From Octopus vulgaris (lineage: Eukaryota): a DNA stretch of 64,000 nucleotides. The DNA is taken from positions 20,088,001 through 20,152,000 of the forward strand of contig OX597837.1 of assembly GCA_951406725.2 (NCBI GenBank), in the 5' to 3' direction. Of the stretch, positions 29,070 through 44,853 are shown one piece after another. Positions within the stretch are counted from its first letter, which is position 1, and every line of letters starts with the position of its first letter. Both the position numbers and the translations under genes were made by a program. The notes under the pieces were generated by a model, which was not told the DNA's origin, did not search any database, and saw nothing but the letters and a program-made list of their open reading frames with translations.

Positions 29070-29724
29070 TATCACGCGCTCATGTGGTCTCACTTTGATC
29101 CTATATTCTACCACTACCAACTCTTACCTTTCCTCGACGGACACTACCTCTCCATTGGACTTTTTACCTCTAAGGACACCTACCCTCTGGCTACACCTCT
29201 CCTACACGGATCAAAGTGACTTTGTTATTGATGTGTTGTCCTTCTTATATATTGTTGTATTAGAAATAGAAGCGACATTGGATAATGATGTTTGGGATAC
29301 ACAGTCTTTGAAAAGAAAAACATAAATCTGGGATGGCAATTATCGGATTGCGTTTGATCATGGAGGAGCCACTCGTCCTATTCTTTCCTATCGAACGTAA
29401 TCGGAGACAGAATCATAATGCAACAATGTTTATGAAGTTCCTCACTCGATAAGAGACTGATAGAATAAGAACCAGGCTTTAAGTACTGGAGTCAATTTGT
29501 TAGACTGAAACACTTCAGGGCGATGCCCCAGCATGGCCACAGACTTATGACTGAAACAAGTGAAAAAGATCCTCCCAGTGTGGAGAAATTAAAGGACCAA
29601 ACATTGTTGAGAAGAATCGTCGCCAGTACTTCACAGTTACTTAATTTATCGACCCAGAAGGAAAGAAAGCAGAGATGGCATCGGCAAGATTTGAACCTAA
29701 TGCAGAAAGCTAGAACCAATACCT

Positions 29725-30322
29725 ATTTCTTTATTACCCACAAGGGGCTAAACATAGAGGGGACAAACAAGGACAGACATAGGTATTAAGTCGATTACAT
29801 CGACCCCAGTGTGTAACTGGTACTTAATTTATCGACCCCGAAAGGATGAAAGGCAAAGTCGACCTCGGCGGAATTTGAACTCAGAACGTAGCGGCAGACG
29901 AAATACCTATTTCTATTTCTTTACTACCCACAAGGGGCTAAACACAGAGGGGACAAACAAGGATAGACAAACGGATTAAGTCGATTATATCGACCCCAGT
30001 GTGTAACTGGTACTTAATTTATCGACCCCGAAAGGATGAAAGGCAAAGTCGACCTCGGCGGAATTTGAACTCAGAACGTAGCGGCAAACGAAATACCTAT
30101 TTCTTTATTACCCACAAGGGGCTAAACATAGAGGGGACAAACAAGGACAGACATAGGTATTAAGTCGATTACATCGACTCCAGTGCGTAACTGGTACTTA
30201 ATTTATCGACCCTGAAAGGATGAAAGGCAAAGTCGACCTCGGCGGAATTTGTACTCAGAACGTAGCGGCAGACGAAATACCGCTCAGCATTTCGTCCGGC
30301 GCGCTAATGTTTCTGCCAGCTC
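29725..30322 (-). mobile_element. tandem trimer of young SINE B nested in an old SINE B
   Basis: Three ~190-bp units. TSD GCTAGAACCAATACCT at 29709-29724 and 30323-30338. Confidence 0.9.
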
Positions 30323-30723
30323 GCTAGAACCAATACCTCAAGGCATTTTGTTCGACGCGGAAGCGATTCTTCTAATTCGTTTCCTTAAAGGTAGCTCTAA
30401 GCATACTGGTGACGTTAGGCTGGATTATCGTCGACTCGTTAAAGCAGTGCTTCTCAGTCATTTATATATATTTTCATTTTTTTACTTGAACCGTTTTGAT
30501 TAGAATTTTATTCTGGTGGAAGCTATTCCATGTTTAAATTGTAGTTTTAAAGAAATATATTTTAAAATTCCTATTTTGCTTTTCACTCATTCGCTTATAT
30601 ATATGTATGTGTGTGTTTGTGTGTGTGTGCTTGTCCCCTCCCCAACATCGCTTGACAACCGATGCTGGTGTGTTTACGTCCCCGTAACTTAGTTGTTCGG
30701 CAAAAGTAACCGATAGAATAAGT

Positions 30724-31121
30724 ACTCTTTTACTTGTTTCAGTCATTTGACTGCGGCCACGTTGGAGCACCGCCTTTAGTCGAGCATATCAACCCCCAGG
30801 ACATATTCTTTGTAAGCTTAGTACTTATTCTATCGGTTACTTTTGCCGAACCACTAAGTTACGGGGACGTAAACACACCAGCATCGGTTGTCAAGCGATG
30901 TTGGGGGGGGCAAGCACACACACACAAACACACACATACATATATATACATATATACGACGGGCTTCTTTCAGTTTCCATCTACCAAATCCACTCACAAG
31001 GCCTTGGTCGGCCCGAGGTTATAGTAGAAGACATTTGCCTAAGGTGCCATGCAGTGGGACGGAACCCGGAACCATGTGGTTTGGTAAGCAAGCTACTTAC
31101 CACACAGCCACTCCTGCGCCT
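30724..31121 (-). mobile_element. SINE family A full-length copy with adjacent inverted partial copy (30596-30726)
   Basis: Colinear with the family. The inverted segment shares private variants. Confidence 0.9.
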
Positions 31122-31589
31122 ATGTGTAGGTTTCGAATAGAACTTTCTAAGAGAATGTGTTTCAGTGACTGGAGACATTTTAAACTATGTAAAACGTTAG
31201 AGAAAGAAACTGAGCTGCTTCTTGTAATCAAAACATTTAGAGCAAAATTTTTTCTCGAAACTTAAAAATACTACCGTAGATCGTCAATTTACTATTTCGC
31301 TTGCGTAGACAGCGCCAGAAACCTTAAATGATTCCCGGATGAAAGACTCTCTGCGTTAAAGCGTCGGATCCCGTTGTAATCTACTCTGCTTTGTATGCTT
31401 CTGAAATTGGTAAGTTCCAGTGACATGCTGAAGAATATATTTATATTGCTATAACGCATCCTAGACGTAGAAAGAATTATTGAAAGCAAATATAAATAGT
31501 CACCAACACGCACGCAAACACAGACACACACACATACAAACACACACACACACACAGAGGCATACACACATACATACATGCATGCATAA

Positions 31590-31629
<40 letters not shown>

Positions 31630-31639
31630 ATATATACGT

Positions 31640-31885
31640 ATGTATATATATGTATACATGTATGTGTGTGTATATGTTTGTGTGTCTGTGTTTGTCACCC
31701 CAACATTGCTTGACAACCGATGGTGGTGTGTTTACGTCCCCGTAACTTAGTGGTTCAGCAAAGAAACTGATAGAATAAGTACTAGGCTTACAAAGAATAA
31801 GTGGTTGGGTCGATTTGCTCGACAAAATGCTGTGCTCCACCTTGACCACAGTCAAATGACTGAAATAAGTAAAAGAGCAAAAGAA
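31640..31885 (+). mobile_element. SINE family A 3' half
   Basis: TTGACAACCGATG..TTTACGTCCCCGTAACTTAG..CAGTCAAATGACTGAAA. Confidence 0.8.
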
Positions 31886-33195
31886 TATATATATATATAT
31901 ATATATATACATATGCACGCACACTCGCACATATACTTCTAAGGCTACTGGTCGACATTTCCTGCTCTCTCGTCGTCCAATATAATCCAGCGTTTGCAAT
32001 ACTTTTTTCGTCTGGCGTAAACAGCCCTTCTTATCTTGTTCTCCTTGTCCTGTCTCTTACTGTTATATATTTATTTTTCCACTGTTTATATATATATATT
32101 TTTTTTTACTGTTTATTTGTTTGTACTGTCGTTACCGTCTTGCTTTTTTTTACCATTTTTTACCCCTCTGCAAAAAGATCTCAGAATTTTAATTGATTTG
32201 CTTTTCGCAGGAAGGAAGTTTCTTCGAAGATACGTCTCGCTTTTATCCTTCGAAACGTAGAGTAGATGAAACCTTAGCGACTGAAGAAGGGGGTTTTTCG
32301 TTGTGCTAATTGTCCTGTACTCCATTTTTTCTTGTCCTGTTCCTTGGTTTGTGTCTATGTTTTTCGTCTCTCTATGTGTTCGACGTCTTTTTGGTGTCCT
32401 GTACACATATATGCGTGTATATGTACATGTAGAGGTAGGTACGTACATATATGTTTATATATATGCATATGTTCTATTCTTTTATTAATATATATATATA
32501 TATATATACATACACACAGACGATTAATCAAATAGTAAAGTATGCCAAAGCAGCTACTCACCTTCGAATACGGATGTATAACGTACAGACTTATTCACAG
32601 ACCCACATATACATCTGTGTATGTATATGTGAGTGTTTGTGTGTGTGTGTGTGTGTGCGTGTGTGTGTGTGTGTGCGTGTGTGTGTCTGTATGTTCAGGT
32701 ATGCGTATAGACATTCAAGTACAGACACACGGGCATACACACGTACACAAACATGCATTAGATATGTAATTAAATTTATATTTGAATGTATGGGTATGTG
32801 CATATGTCTGCGCACTTTTCTTCGTGCACGCATACATAATAATGCATAATACACACACTAGCGAACACACATAGATACATCACACGTATGCAATCATAAA
32901 CACACACACACACACACACACTCACACATACAGGTATTTATAAATTCTTGTGTGTATATCTATATGTCTGTGTGTGTGCTTGCGTATGTATGCGTATGTA
33001 TGCATATACACACACATATACATATATGTGCATGTGTGTGCATATATATATATATATGTGTATATATATGTATATACACACATATATATATATATATGCA
33101 CACACATGCACATATATGTATATGTGTGTGTATATGATTGTATGTCTGCGTATATATAATATAAATATAAATATATGTATATATATATATGTGTG

Positions 33196-33240
<45 letters not shown>

Positions 33241-33880
33241 ATATATATATATATATATATACGTATGTATATATATATATGTATATATGTATATATATAT
33301 ATATACATATATACAATATACATACATGCATACACATACACTCACACACTCCTACAATCACACACATATATATATACACATACACGCATATATATGCCTG
33401 TGTGTATATGTGTGTGTGTGCGTGTCTATGCGTGCTTGTGTGTGTCTGTGTGTGTATGTGTGTGTGTGTACAGACAAAATCAATGTTTTTATTAGTTTTT
33501 GTTTTGTTTTTTTTCAGTCATTTCATTATGTATATTATAGACAGGCTTAAAGTTCCGATCTTTCTCCTAAGAGGATAGAAATGTGGACGAAAATGATGAA
33601 TTTCCTCCACTTCCTCTTGCTACTCCTCCCACTCGCACTCACCTTCCCATTACTCAACATCATCATCATCATCGTCATTGTTAGCATCATCATCATCATC
33701 ATCATCATCATTTCGTCATTGTCATTGATATTGTTTCTATTATTTTTCTTTTGTGTAAATAAATACAGACGTGTATGTACTTATATATGTGTGTGTGTAT
33801 TTGTGTGTATGTGTGTATGTGTGCTTGTGAGTATATACACCACACACTCACACACACACATATATACATATGTATATATA

Positions 33881-33914
<34 letters not shown>

Positions 33915-33966
33915 TATATATATGTGAGTGTGTGTGTGAATATAGATATATATTTATATATATATA

Positions 33967-34038
<72 letters not shown>

Positions 34039-34839
34039 TATATATGTATATGTGTGTTTGCGCGTGCGTACAGACACACAGAGAGGAAGTGGGAGACATA
34101 AGTCATGTAGGAAGAGAGAAAGAGAAGAAAGAAAAGAGGAAATTTTTTTTTTAAATATTGAATACTTTTAAGACGGGAAATAAAGCAAAAATATAAATAT
34201 ATATATTTTAATCATTGTAAGAACTTTCTGGAAATCCTTATTGTAATGTTTTAATGAAAAAAAAATTAAGTTGCTTTTTTTTTTCTCTCTCTCTTTTTGT
34301 CATTAAAGAAATATTATTTTTGGTGTTTATTGTGATGTGGACAGCGTGTTTTGATGTTAAAACATCGTCAGGAGAATCTTCGTAGACCAGCTTTGGTTAA
34401 CATTGCCACATGGTGTATATTTGTCCCGTCATCTTATAGAAGTGTTTGATTGTTGCAATTGTTATTTTGCTGCGGTTGTTTAAGAAAAAAAAAACTGTGG
34501 TTAACAAGTACACGATTCGCAAACCTGTGGTTCCGAGGTCTATCACACACACACACACACACACACACACGTATAATGAATCTTGTAGTACGTAGTCCTT
34601 TGTGTGAAGAAGCCAGTGGTGTATATATTTGTGTCTAATTATGTGTGTGTGTGTGAGTGTGTTTGCCTATGCGTACATATCATTATGTATGTATTATGTA
34701 TGTGTCTATATACACTCATAAGAGAATTGAAGATGGTTGCTAACAAAGCAACAAGATTTCTTGAGTTAAGTGGGTTCCCAATGTTTGTAAATATGTGGTT
34801 GAGTAGATATGTTTTGTATGTATCAAATTTACCCTTCAA

Positions 34840-35230
34840 CTTGTTTCAGTCATTTGACTGTGGCCATGCTGGAGCACCGCCTTTAAACGACGAAATCGAC
34901 CCAGGAATTATTCTTTGTAAGCCTAGTACTTATTCTATCGGTCTCTTTTGCCAAACCGCTAAGTTACGGCGACGTAAACACACCAGCATCGGTTGCCAAA
35001 CGCTGCTTGGGGTCAAAAACAGACACACAAACATATACACACATATACATATATATGCATATATACGATAGGCTTCTTTCAGTTTCCTTCTACCAAATCC
35101 ACTTACAAGGCTTTGGTCGGCCCGAGGCTATAGTAGAAGACACTTGCCCAAGGTGCCACGGAGTTTGACTGAACCCGGAACCATGTGGTCCGTTAGCAAG
35201 CTACTTATCACACGGCCACTCCTGCGCCTA
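34840..35230 (-). mobile_element. SINE family A full-length copy
   Basis: Colinear with 56543-56967. Confidence 0.9.
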
Positions 35231-35249
35231 TAGGTATGTATGTGTATAT

Positions 35250-35324
<75 letters not shown>

Positions 35325-35419
35325 TCGATGTCGTTTTGGCAAGGTCATTTTGGCATTACTGATTCGACGTTGACCTTCTTAATCTCAAACGTTTTGATGT
35401 TTCTGTACTTCTTCACCAC

Positions 35420-35488
<69 letters not shown>

Positions 35489-35594
35489 CCCACACACACA
35501 CTTTTTATCTGTATATATTTTTGCGCAGGTACTCACGTGCGTGTTTGCCTCCAGTGCCAAAAGTTAGTCACCAAAACTGTTTCAGTGTCCTCTC

Positions 35595-35802
35595 AAATTT
35601 TGGCACAAGGCCGCAAGTTTGAGGTGGGGGGGGGTAAGTCGATTACATCGACCCCAGTGTTCAACTGGTACCTATTATTTTCGATCCTGAAAGGATGAAA
35701 GGCAAAGTCAACCTCAGCGGATTTGAACTCAGAATGTAGTGACGGACGAAAAGCTACAAAGCATTTTCCCGGTGTGTTAACGATACTGCCATGTAGCCGC
35801 CT
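35595..35802 (-). mobile_element. SINE family B (old tail) abutting (AAT)n/(AAC)n
   Basis: Family body, with tail ..GGCCTTGTGCCAAAATTTGA. Confidence 0.8.
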
Positions 35803-35818
35803 TATAATAATAATAATG

Positions 35819-35873
<55 letters not shown>

Positions 35874-35902
35874 CAACAACAACAATAATAATAATATTAA
35901 TA

Positions 35903-35935
<33 letters not shown>

Positions 35936-35959
35936 ATAATAATAAAAAAACAAAACAAT

Positions 35960-36077
<118 letters not shown>

Positions 36078-36169
36078 TCCGGCGTATAAACGATTCTGCC
36101 TTTGAATCCAGTAAAATAATAAAATCCATTCGGATTTAACTGAATTCTATTCGTATAGTTATACGAAAA

Positions 36170-36367
36170 ATCTTTTCTCTGCAAGACCGAATTGAAACGT
36201 GATTTCCATGATATCCTAGAGAGGAACTGCAGAAGAGTGAAATGTCTAAATACCATCGAACTATGGCAGCGAAAGTTACAGCAGAGCTAAACTACTTGTG
36301 TCAATTGAAACCGTTTCGCATGAGCTCCATAAAGCATGAATACCATGGGTAGGTCGCAAATGTTAAA
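36170..36367 (+). pseudogene. Tc1 transposase HTH fragment
   Basis: HRTMAAKVTAELN..VSIETV..HELHKA.YHGR. Appears related to 62200-63190. Confidence 0.7.
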
Positions 36368-36684
36368 CGCCAAAATATTCGGACTGCCATATTTTGAACT
36401 CTGATTTAAAAAACAAAAATTCGAAAAAGAGCGGAACTATTAGGGTTTATAAGGGATAGAGTTACAAATTAAACTTTTCTTTTTCATAATCGTATGAATT
36501 CCCTTGTATAGAGCACAAAATTCGCAAAATTTTTCTTAAAATTCCAAAAAATTAAAATAGTTCCGAAGAGTCATATAGTGTGCTTAAGCCAGAATTCCAC
36601 CATATCGCTGCTTCACAGAACTAAATACTTGTATTTCTGTGCGCATGCGCATGCGCGTGTGCATTGAGACTTCTTTCAGAATTG

Positions 36685-38330
36685 TGGGGAGAGGTCAGAC
36701 CCACACAATTATCGCCTTGTAAGTTTTCTTCCTGGTATTAGTAAGGTATTTAAATCTTTTATTGATATGGCTTTGGTCAGGCACCTTGACTTTTCCTGAG
36801 TTTCAATTTGACTCTTTCTGAGTTTCAATTTGATTTTCAGGCATCTAGATCAACCACTGACGTTCTCTCTGCCATACCTCAACGTTTCTATCGTTCAATT
36901 AACAGTTCTGATGAAGCTGGTGCCATCGCTCTTCGTATTGCAAAGGCTATTGACAGAGAAGTGACACTTTGGGCTGATCCATAAGCTCAGAGGCTTAGAT
37001 CTATCTGGGCCTTTCCATAACATTATCCAATCATTTTCTTTCAAATCAAAGAATCAAGGTGATTTCTGATGACCGGCAGAAAAGGTCATATGTTATCATT
37101 GCTGAAGTATTTCAAGGTTATGTACTTGGTCCTCACTTCTCCGTGTTATTACTGACCTATTAGATCGTATTATTTTTAACCTCACCATCTATACCGATAA
37201 CACTACTGTTTACTCTTGTCATAACCAAACCAGCAGCCCTGAGCAGTGACGTAGTGGCTTAATGCAGGCAAAACAAGGCTTTTGTCAAATTATCGATGTA
37301 GGGACAGACGTGGCTGTTTGTTGGGAAGCTTACTTCTCAACCACATGGTTCTCAGTTCAATCCTATGGCATAGCACTTTGGGCAAGTGTCTTCTACTATA
37401 GCTTTGGGCAGAGTGGATTTGGTAGATGGAAACTGACAGAAGACCATCTTATGTGTGTGTGTGTGTGCGCGCGTGTTTGTATCTTTGTGTCTGTCGTTGT
37501 CCCCCACACCGCTTTACAACCGGTATTGGCTTGTTTACGTCCCCGTAACTTAGTGGATTGGCAAAAGAGACCGATAGAATAAATACCAGGCTTAAAGAAT
37601 ATAAAGACTGGGGACAATTCGTTTGACTAATATTCTTCAGTATGGCCGCAGTCTCATGACTGTAACAAGTAAAAGTTAAAGGATAGGCAGCCGTTCCTTC
37701 CCTCCATTGCTATGACTGGAGTTGTTCTTCGAGAAAGCCACAGTGTTCGGCTTCTTGGTTTGGCTTTGACCAAGATCTCTCTTGGAACAAATGCGTTCAG
37801 TTCACTGGCATATCGCTTGCCAAGAATATTGGAACTCTCTTCCGTGCTTGCAAATTTCTTACGCCTGAGAACATTTTGTATCTCTACAAAGCCACCATTC
37901 TACCTTACGACGAATATTGCTGTCGTCTTTGGGCTGGTGTCTCCTCTGAACGTCTTAACTGGCCTAATCGATATCTGAACCGAGTTGTTAACATGATGGG
38001 TGCTCTTTTTTCTACAAGGTTGGAAGCTGTCTCATTACCGAAATACATCTTCGTTGTGTCTTTTCTCTGACAACTCCCATGGTCATTGCCCTATACCGTC
38101 TGTCAAAACCTTTAAACGTGTCATCCGCTTCTCTTTTCAGTTGAACTTCCTGTTGGTTATAAGTCTTATTATTCTCATAACCTCTTTCCTCAAACTGCTG
38201 TTCTCTGGAACTTGCTACCTCTTGTCCATAATATTCAATCGAAATCTTTTGAATTTGTTGGCCCCCCATCTTTTGCTTCTTTGTATTCCATTATGCTACG
38301 GTGGCCTCTAACCTTGCTAAGGGCAAAATC
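36685..38330 (+). mobile_element. CR1/L2-group LINE RT and 3' end, decayed, interrupted by SINE A (37300-37680)
   Basis: GERSDPHNYRLVSFLPGISKVF; RSTTD; AIAL.IAKA.D; V.QGYVLGP; IYTDNTT (YADD); LYLYKATI.P..EYCC..WAG. Confidence 0.85.
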
Positions 38331-38719
38331 GTATAAGACCAATGGTGTAAGTATGTATACCCGATTGACTTAGACATATGCTTTCAAATCATGAGAAAGA
38401 GTAGTAAGATGACGAGAAGGAGGAGGAGGAGGAGGATAAAATAATGGAGGAAGAGGAGGAGGGAAATGCACTTGCTTCACTTAAGCGGAAATTCCCAAAT
38501 GCGAGGCGGCTGGTGTTGGCCGTCGTCAGCAACAGTTAGTCAATAGGATAATTAGTGTTAGCATATTTGAATATATTGAACATTAAATGCTTAATATCTA
38601 ATTATAAATGCTTTTGTTGTGAAGGATATCGCTATTAGCTTCATTAGACGTGTTGTAATAGCGATGAGAGAATCATTAAGCGCATTTTAATATTGTAAAT
38701 ATATAGAAGCGAACAATTA

Positions 38720-38960
38720 ACATAGAGTTTGCCAGAGAGAGTTTGATAGAGTTTCATAGCTAGAATTTTGTAAGAAAGTTTGGTAAAAGTGTTTGGTAGC
38801 AACGTTTGTTGGAAAAGCTTGATAGATGAGTTTGGTAGAGATTCTGATATAAGAGTTTGAAATGACAGTTTGATACGAGAGTTGAGAGTCCGATAGAAGA
38901 GTTTGACGGGAAATTTTCATAGGTGAATTTAATGAGGGTTCGATTGAGTTTGGTAAGTGA
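38720..38960. repeat. degenerate ~13-bp minisatellite (xGAGAGTTTGRTA)
   Basis: About 17 diverged units visible. Confidence 0.7.
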
Positions 38961-39702
38961 AGATTGTGAGAATCGGCAAAAACAATAGTATCACTTCATT
39001 TTCTCTCATTCCTTTACTCCCAGACAAATGGCCAAATCCCAAAACGTCACCACACTTCTCAGGATAGTTGAAATCAATAAATTATTCGACTGATCTCTCC
39101 GCTGTTTATTGTATATCACATTACTTTAGAGATGTATTTTACGTGAAAGAAAATGTATTTCTGTCCATATTAGAGCTGAGAGACAAACGCATGCACGCAC
39201 GTACATACACATATTTTAAAGGAAAATGCATAACACCGTGCCATATTGAATTAAATATGTATGAAAATCCGACCTCTCTTCCTCCACTGATGATTATGTA
39301 AGTAACATATGAAACATAAAGAGCCAAACACTACAGTCTCATAGGGGTATATATTTTCATATCTATACTTAGAGATCATGTAGTTCCCAATGAGTATAGC
39401 TGTACAACTGTAGCTCTGTGTATATTGAGCACTACTCTGACATTAAGATCCTTACATAAAAAATATAAACCAGTGTGTAAGTGATGATTTATATATATGC
39501 ATATATGTAACAAATGTGTGTGTAATATATCTACACGCACACACACACAATAAGTGTATGTGTATGTATGTATATATGTAGATATATATTATTGTATGTC
39601 TGTATACATATTTACAGATACATACACCACACCACCATAAAATCCAGCAGAAACACATGTTACACGTACATACATTCACACACACAAACTCAGAAATACA
39701 AA

Positions 39703-39743
<41 letters not shown>

Positions 39744-39761
39744 ACATATATTTATATATGT

Positions 39762-39919
<158 letters not shown>

Positions 39920-40350
39920 CACACACACACGCATGAATGCATGCGTCTGTGGCTTGTATTGTCGGTGTGTGAAATTAAAACTTTAAGCAGCTGAAAAATA
40001 TTAATGTTCCAAGATTTAGCTATGACCACCTGGTTAATTCTTTAACTAAACTTGACTTAAGAATAATCATAAAGAGGAATTGTAATATTCATACATACAT
40101 ACATACATACATGTATGCAAGTATGTATGTATGTATGTATGTATGTATGTATGTATGTATGTATGTATGTATGTATGTATGTATGTATGTATGTATCTGT
40201 TTTTCTAGTAATCAGCAAATTCTTCAGAACATAATTATATTATGTTTACTCTATTGTAAATGAAATCTATTTTTCTATAGATTAGTTTTCTATGGTTATC
40301 TTACGATCCGTTGTCTAATCTGTCTGTTTGTTTGTTTGCCTGCACACACA

Positions 40351-40437
<87 letters not shown>

Positions 40438-40722
40438 ATGTATATATATATGTATATATATATATGTGTATATATATATATGTATATATATATATGTGTA
40501 TATATATGTATATATATGTATATATATATATGCGTGTGCGTGTATATATATATATATATACATATATTCATATATGTATACATGTGTGTGCATGTGTATA
40601 AAAGTGTGTCTATGTACGTATATGTGTAAGTGTATACATCTCTCTCTGTGTCTTGTTACTTTTCTCCTTTTCATTATTTCTGTATCTGTCCTATTTATGT
40701 CTTCCTCTCTCTCTCTCTTTCT

Positions 40723-40794
<72 letters not shown>

Positions 40795-40882
40795 ATATGA
40801 ATGCATGTATAAGTACATATATGTGTAAGTATATATATATATATATTTGCATATATATATATATTCATATTTACATATACAT

Positions 40883-40934
<52 letters not shown>

Positions 40935-41349
40935 ATGTATTTATATATATATATATATATACACGCGCATACATTCTTACACATAAACATACACGCGCGC
41001 ACGCACACAGAAAGTACACTGTATCTCTCTATCTCTGCATCTTTCCATACATTTGTTTATATTTGCCCGTTTTTTTCATTCACCAGTCATAATATTAATG
41101 CTACGACTCGTCTTACAATCATAATATTGATTTGTAACAGAAACATACAGGACGGCATATTTTGGGTGGTCTAGAAGATAAAATCGATTAAATATATCTC
41201 ACTATATAACAGGTATTTTACTTTATGAACCCTGGAAAATGCAAGGTAATTTGCGGGATTTGAACTCATAATGTAAAATATTTCAATCAACAGCATCAAT
41301 CCGCCGTTCTAAAAATTCAAACCAATGACTGATAGGAAGATATATCAGG

Positions 41350-41690
41350 AGTACTTTAGCGTACTCTCAACCGCATTGTCTCTAGTAATAGAGTTAGCAT
41401 TTATGGTTAAGTTTCGGTTTGGGGGTTAGGGTAATATTTGGGGTTAAGGTTAGGTTACGGTTTAGGGTTTAAGGCTTATGGTTAGGGTTAGGGCTAGAGG
41501 AAGGTTTGTGGTTACGGTTAAGGTCAGGTTAGTTTTGAGGTTAAGAATGGGGTTTATGATTAGGGTTTCGGGCTCATGGTTGGTATTATGAGTTAGGGTT
41601 TCGGTAAGGTTTAGGTTAGGCTTAGAGTTAGGTTTAAACTAAGTACTAAAGTGTAAATAGCTAGGAAGAGCGCATGCTAAAATGGTATCT
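41350..41690. repeat. degenerate (TTAGGG)n-like array inside a putative TIR element
   Basis: About 40 hexamer variants at 41393-41636, with weak inverted ends TTTAGCGTACTCTC / GAGCGCATGCTAAA. Confidence 0.65.
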
Positions 41691-41761
41691 ATTCTGTGGT
41701 AAGAAGTTTTGCTTTCACACCACATGGTTTTAAAATGTTCGACTATATTCCTCCGTCTCCT

Positions 41762-41796
41762 GTTACTGACGAAGAGCTTTGCTCGAAACGTAAAAC
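41762..41796 (+). ncRNA. minimal hammerhead motif, canonical CUGACGA core
   Basis: guua-CUGACGA-A-GAGC(uuu)GCUC-GAAA-CG-UA-aaac. One stem I mismatch. Confidence 0.6.
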
Positions 41797-41997
41797 CACC
41801 TTCCCTGAGCGTCTGCTAATACTTTGCATGTACGACGTCCTCACGTTGTTGTTTTTTCTTGTGTTTGTTCTTCGTTTTTGGGGGCGGGATTTACTTTGTA
41901 TATATATATATACTCATAAAATGCAGTGTACACTTAAACACCTAAGGAATCTACACGTGGGATTCATCACGCTAGAAAGAACAGCTAGGTTCCATAA

Positions 41998-42121
<124 letters not shown>

Positions 42122-42723
42122 GAGTGGGTGTGTGGTAAGTAAATTACCAACCACATGGTTCCAGGTTCAGTCCTAGAATAAGAACTAGGCTTACAAAAAA
42201 TAAGTCTTGGGGTGAATTGTTCGGCTAAAGCCGGTACTCCAGCGTGGCCGCAGTCAAATGACTGAAACAATTATATATATATATACATAAGTACATACAT
42301 ACATACATACAAAATAGTTCCAGCATTACTAAAAATAAGATTGGAAAAAATAGGACTCGAATAGCCATAGAAAGCACTAACCCAATGAGTTGACTCTTAT
42401 TTCTACTAATTCTGGTACTAATTTGTACCCTCGTTTATTAACCTGTCTTTAGGTTAAATTGCTAACAGGCCGCCTATATTATAATATATTTAATATATTA
42501 TATTATTTTATTTATACTATATATATATACATATATACATATATGTATATACATTTACATATATATATATATACATATATACATATGCATATATATATAC
42601 ATATATATATATACATATATACATTTCATATATACATATATACATTTCAAAATGTGACCTCGTGTGTACCGATGGCTATTTTTTTCCTCTGTCTTCCCTT
42701 CTCTGGATCTTTCCTTCTCCTAT

Positions 42724-42758
42724 GTTTCCGACGAAGAGCTCCGCTCGAAACGTTAAAC
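42724..42758 (+). ncRNA. minimal hammerhead motif, CCGACGA (U4C) core
   Basis: guuu-CCGACGA-A-GAGC(ucc)GCUC-GAAA-CG-UU-aaac, within mini-element 42660-42858. Confidence 0.6.
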
Positions 42759-42859
42759 CCTCCTTCTTTCCTTCTTTCCTGAGCGTCTAATAATACTATA
42801 TTTGTTCCACGTCCTCGCGTTGTTGTTTTTTTTTTGTGCTTTCTTGTTTGGATTAACTT

Positions 42860-42898
<39 letters not shown>

Positions 42899-42945
42899 CT
42901 ACACGTGGGATTCATCACGCTAGAAAGAACAGCTAGGTTCCATAA

Positions 42946-44846
<1,901 letters not shown>

Positions 44847-44853
44847 TAAGTCA

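Noticed and set aside
29725-30322. CRISPR-like or satellite periodicity
   Set aside because: Units are entire SINE bodies without unique spacers, in a eukaryotic context.
32215-32262. UCGAAGA..GAAACGUA motif in a PLE-like T-rich element
   Set aside because: Stems I and II could not be paired convincingly.
41393-41636. True telomere or chromosome fusion site
   Set aside because: Highly degenerate, single orientation, short and internal.
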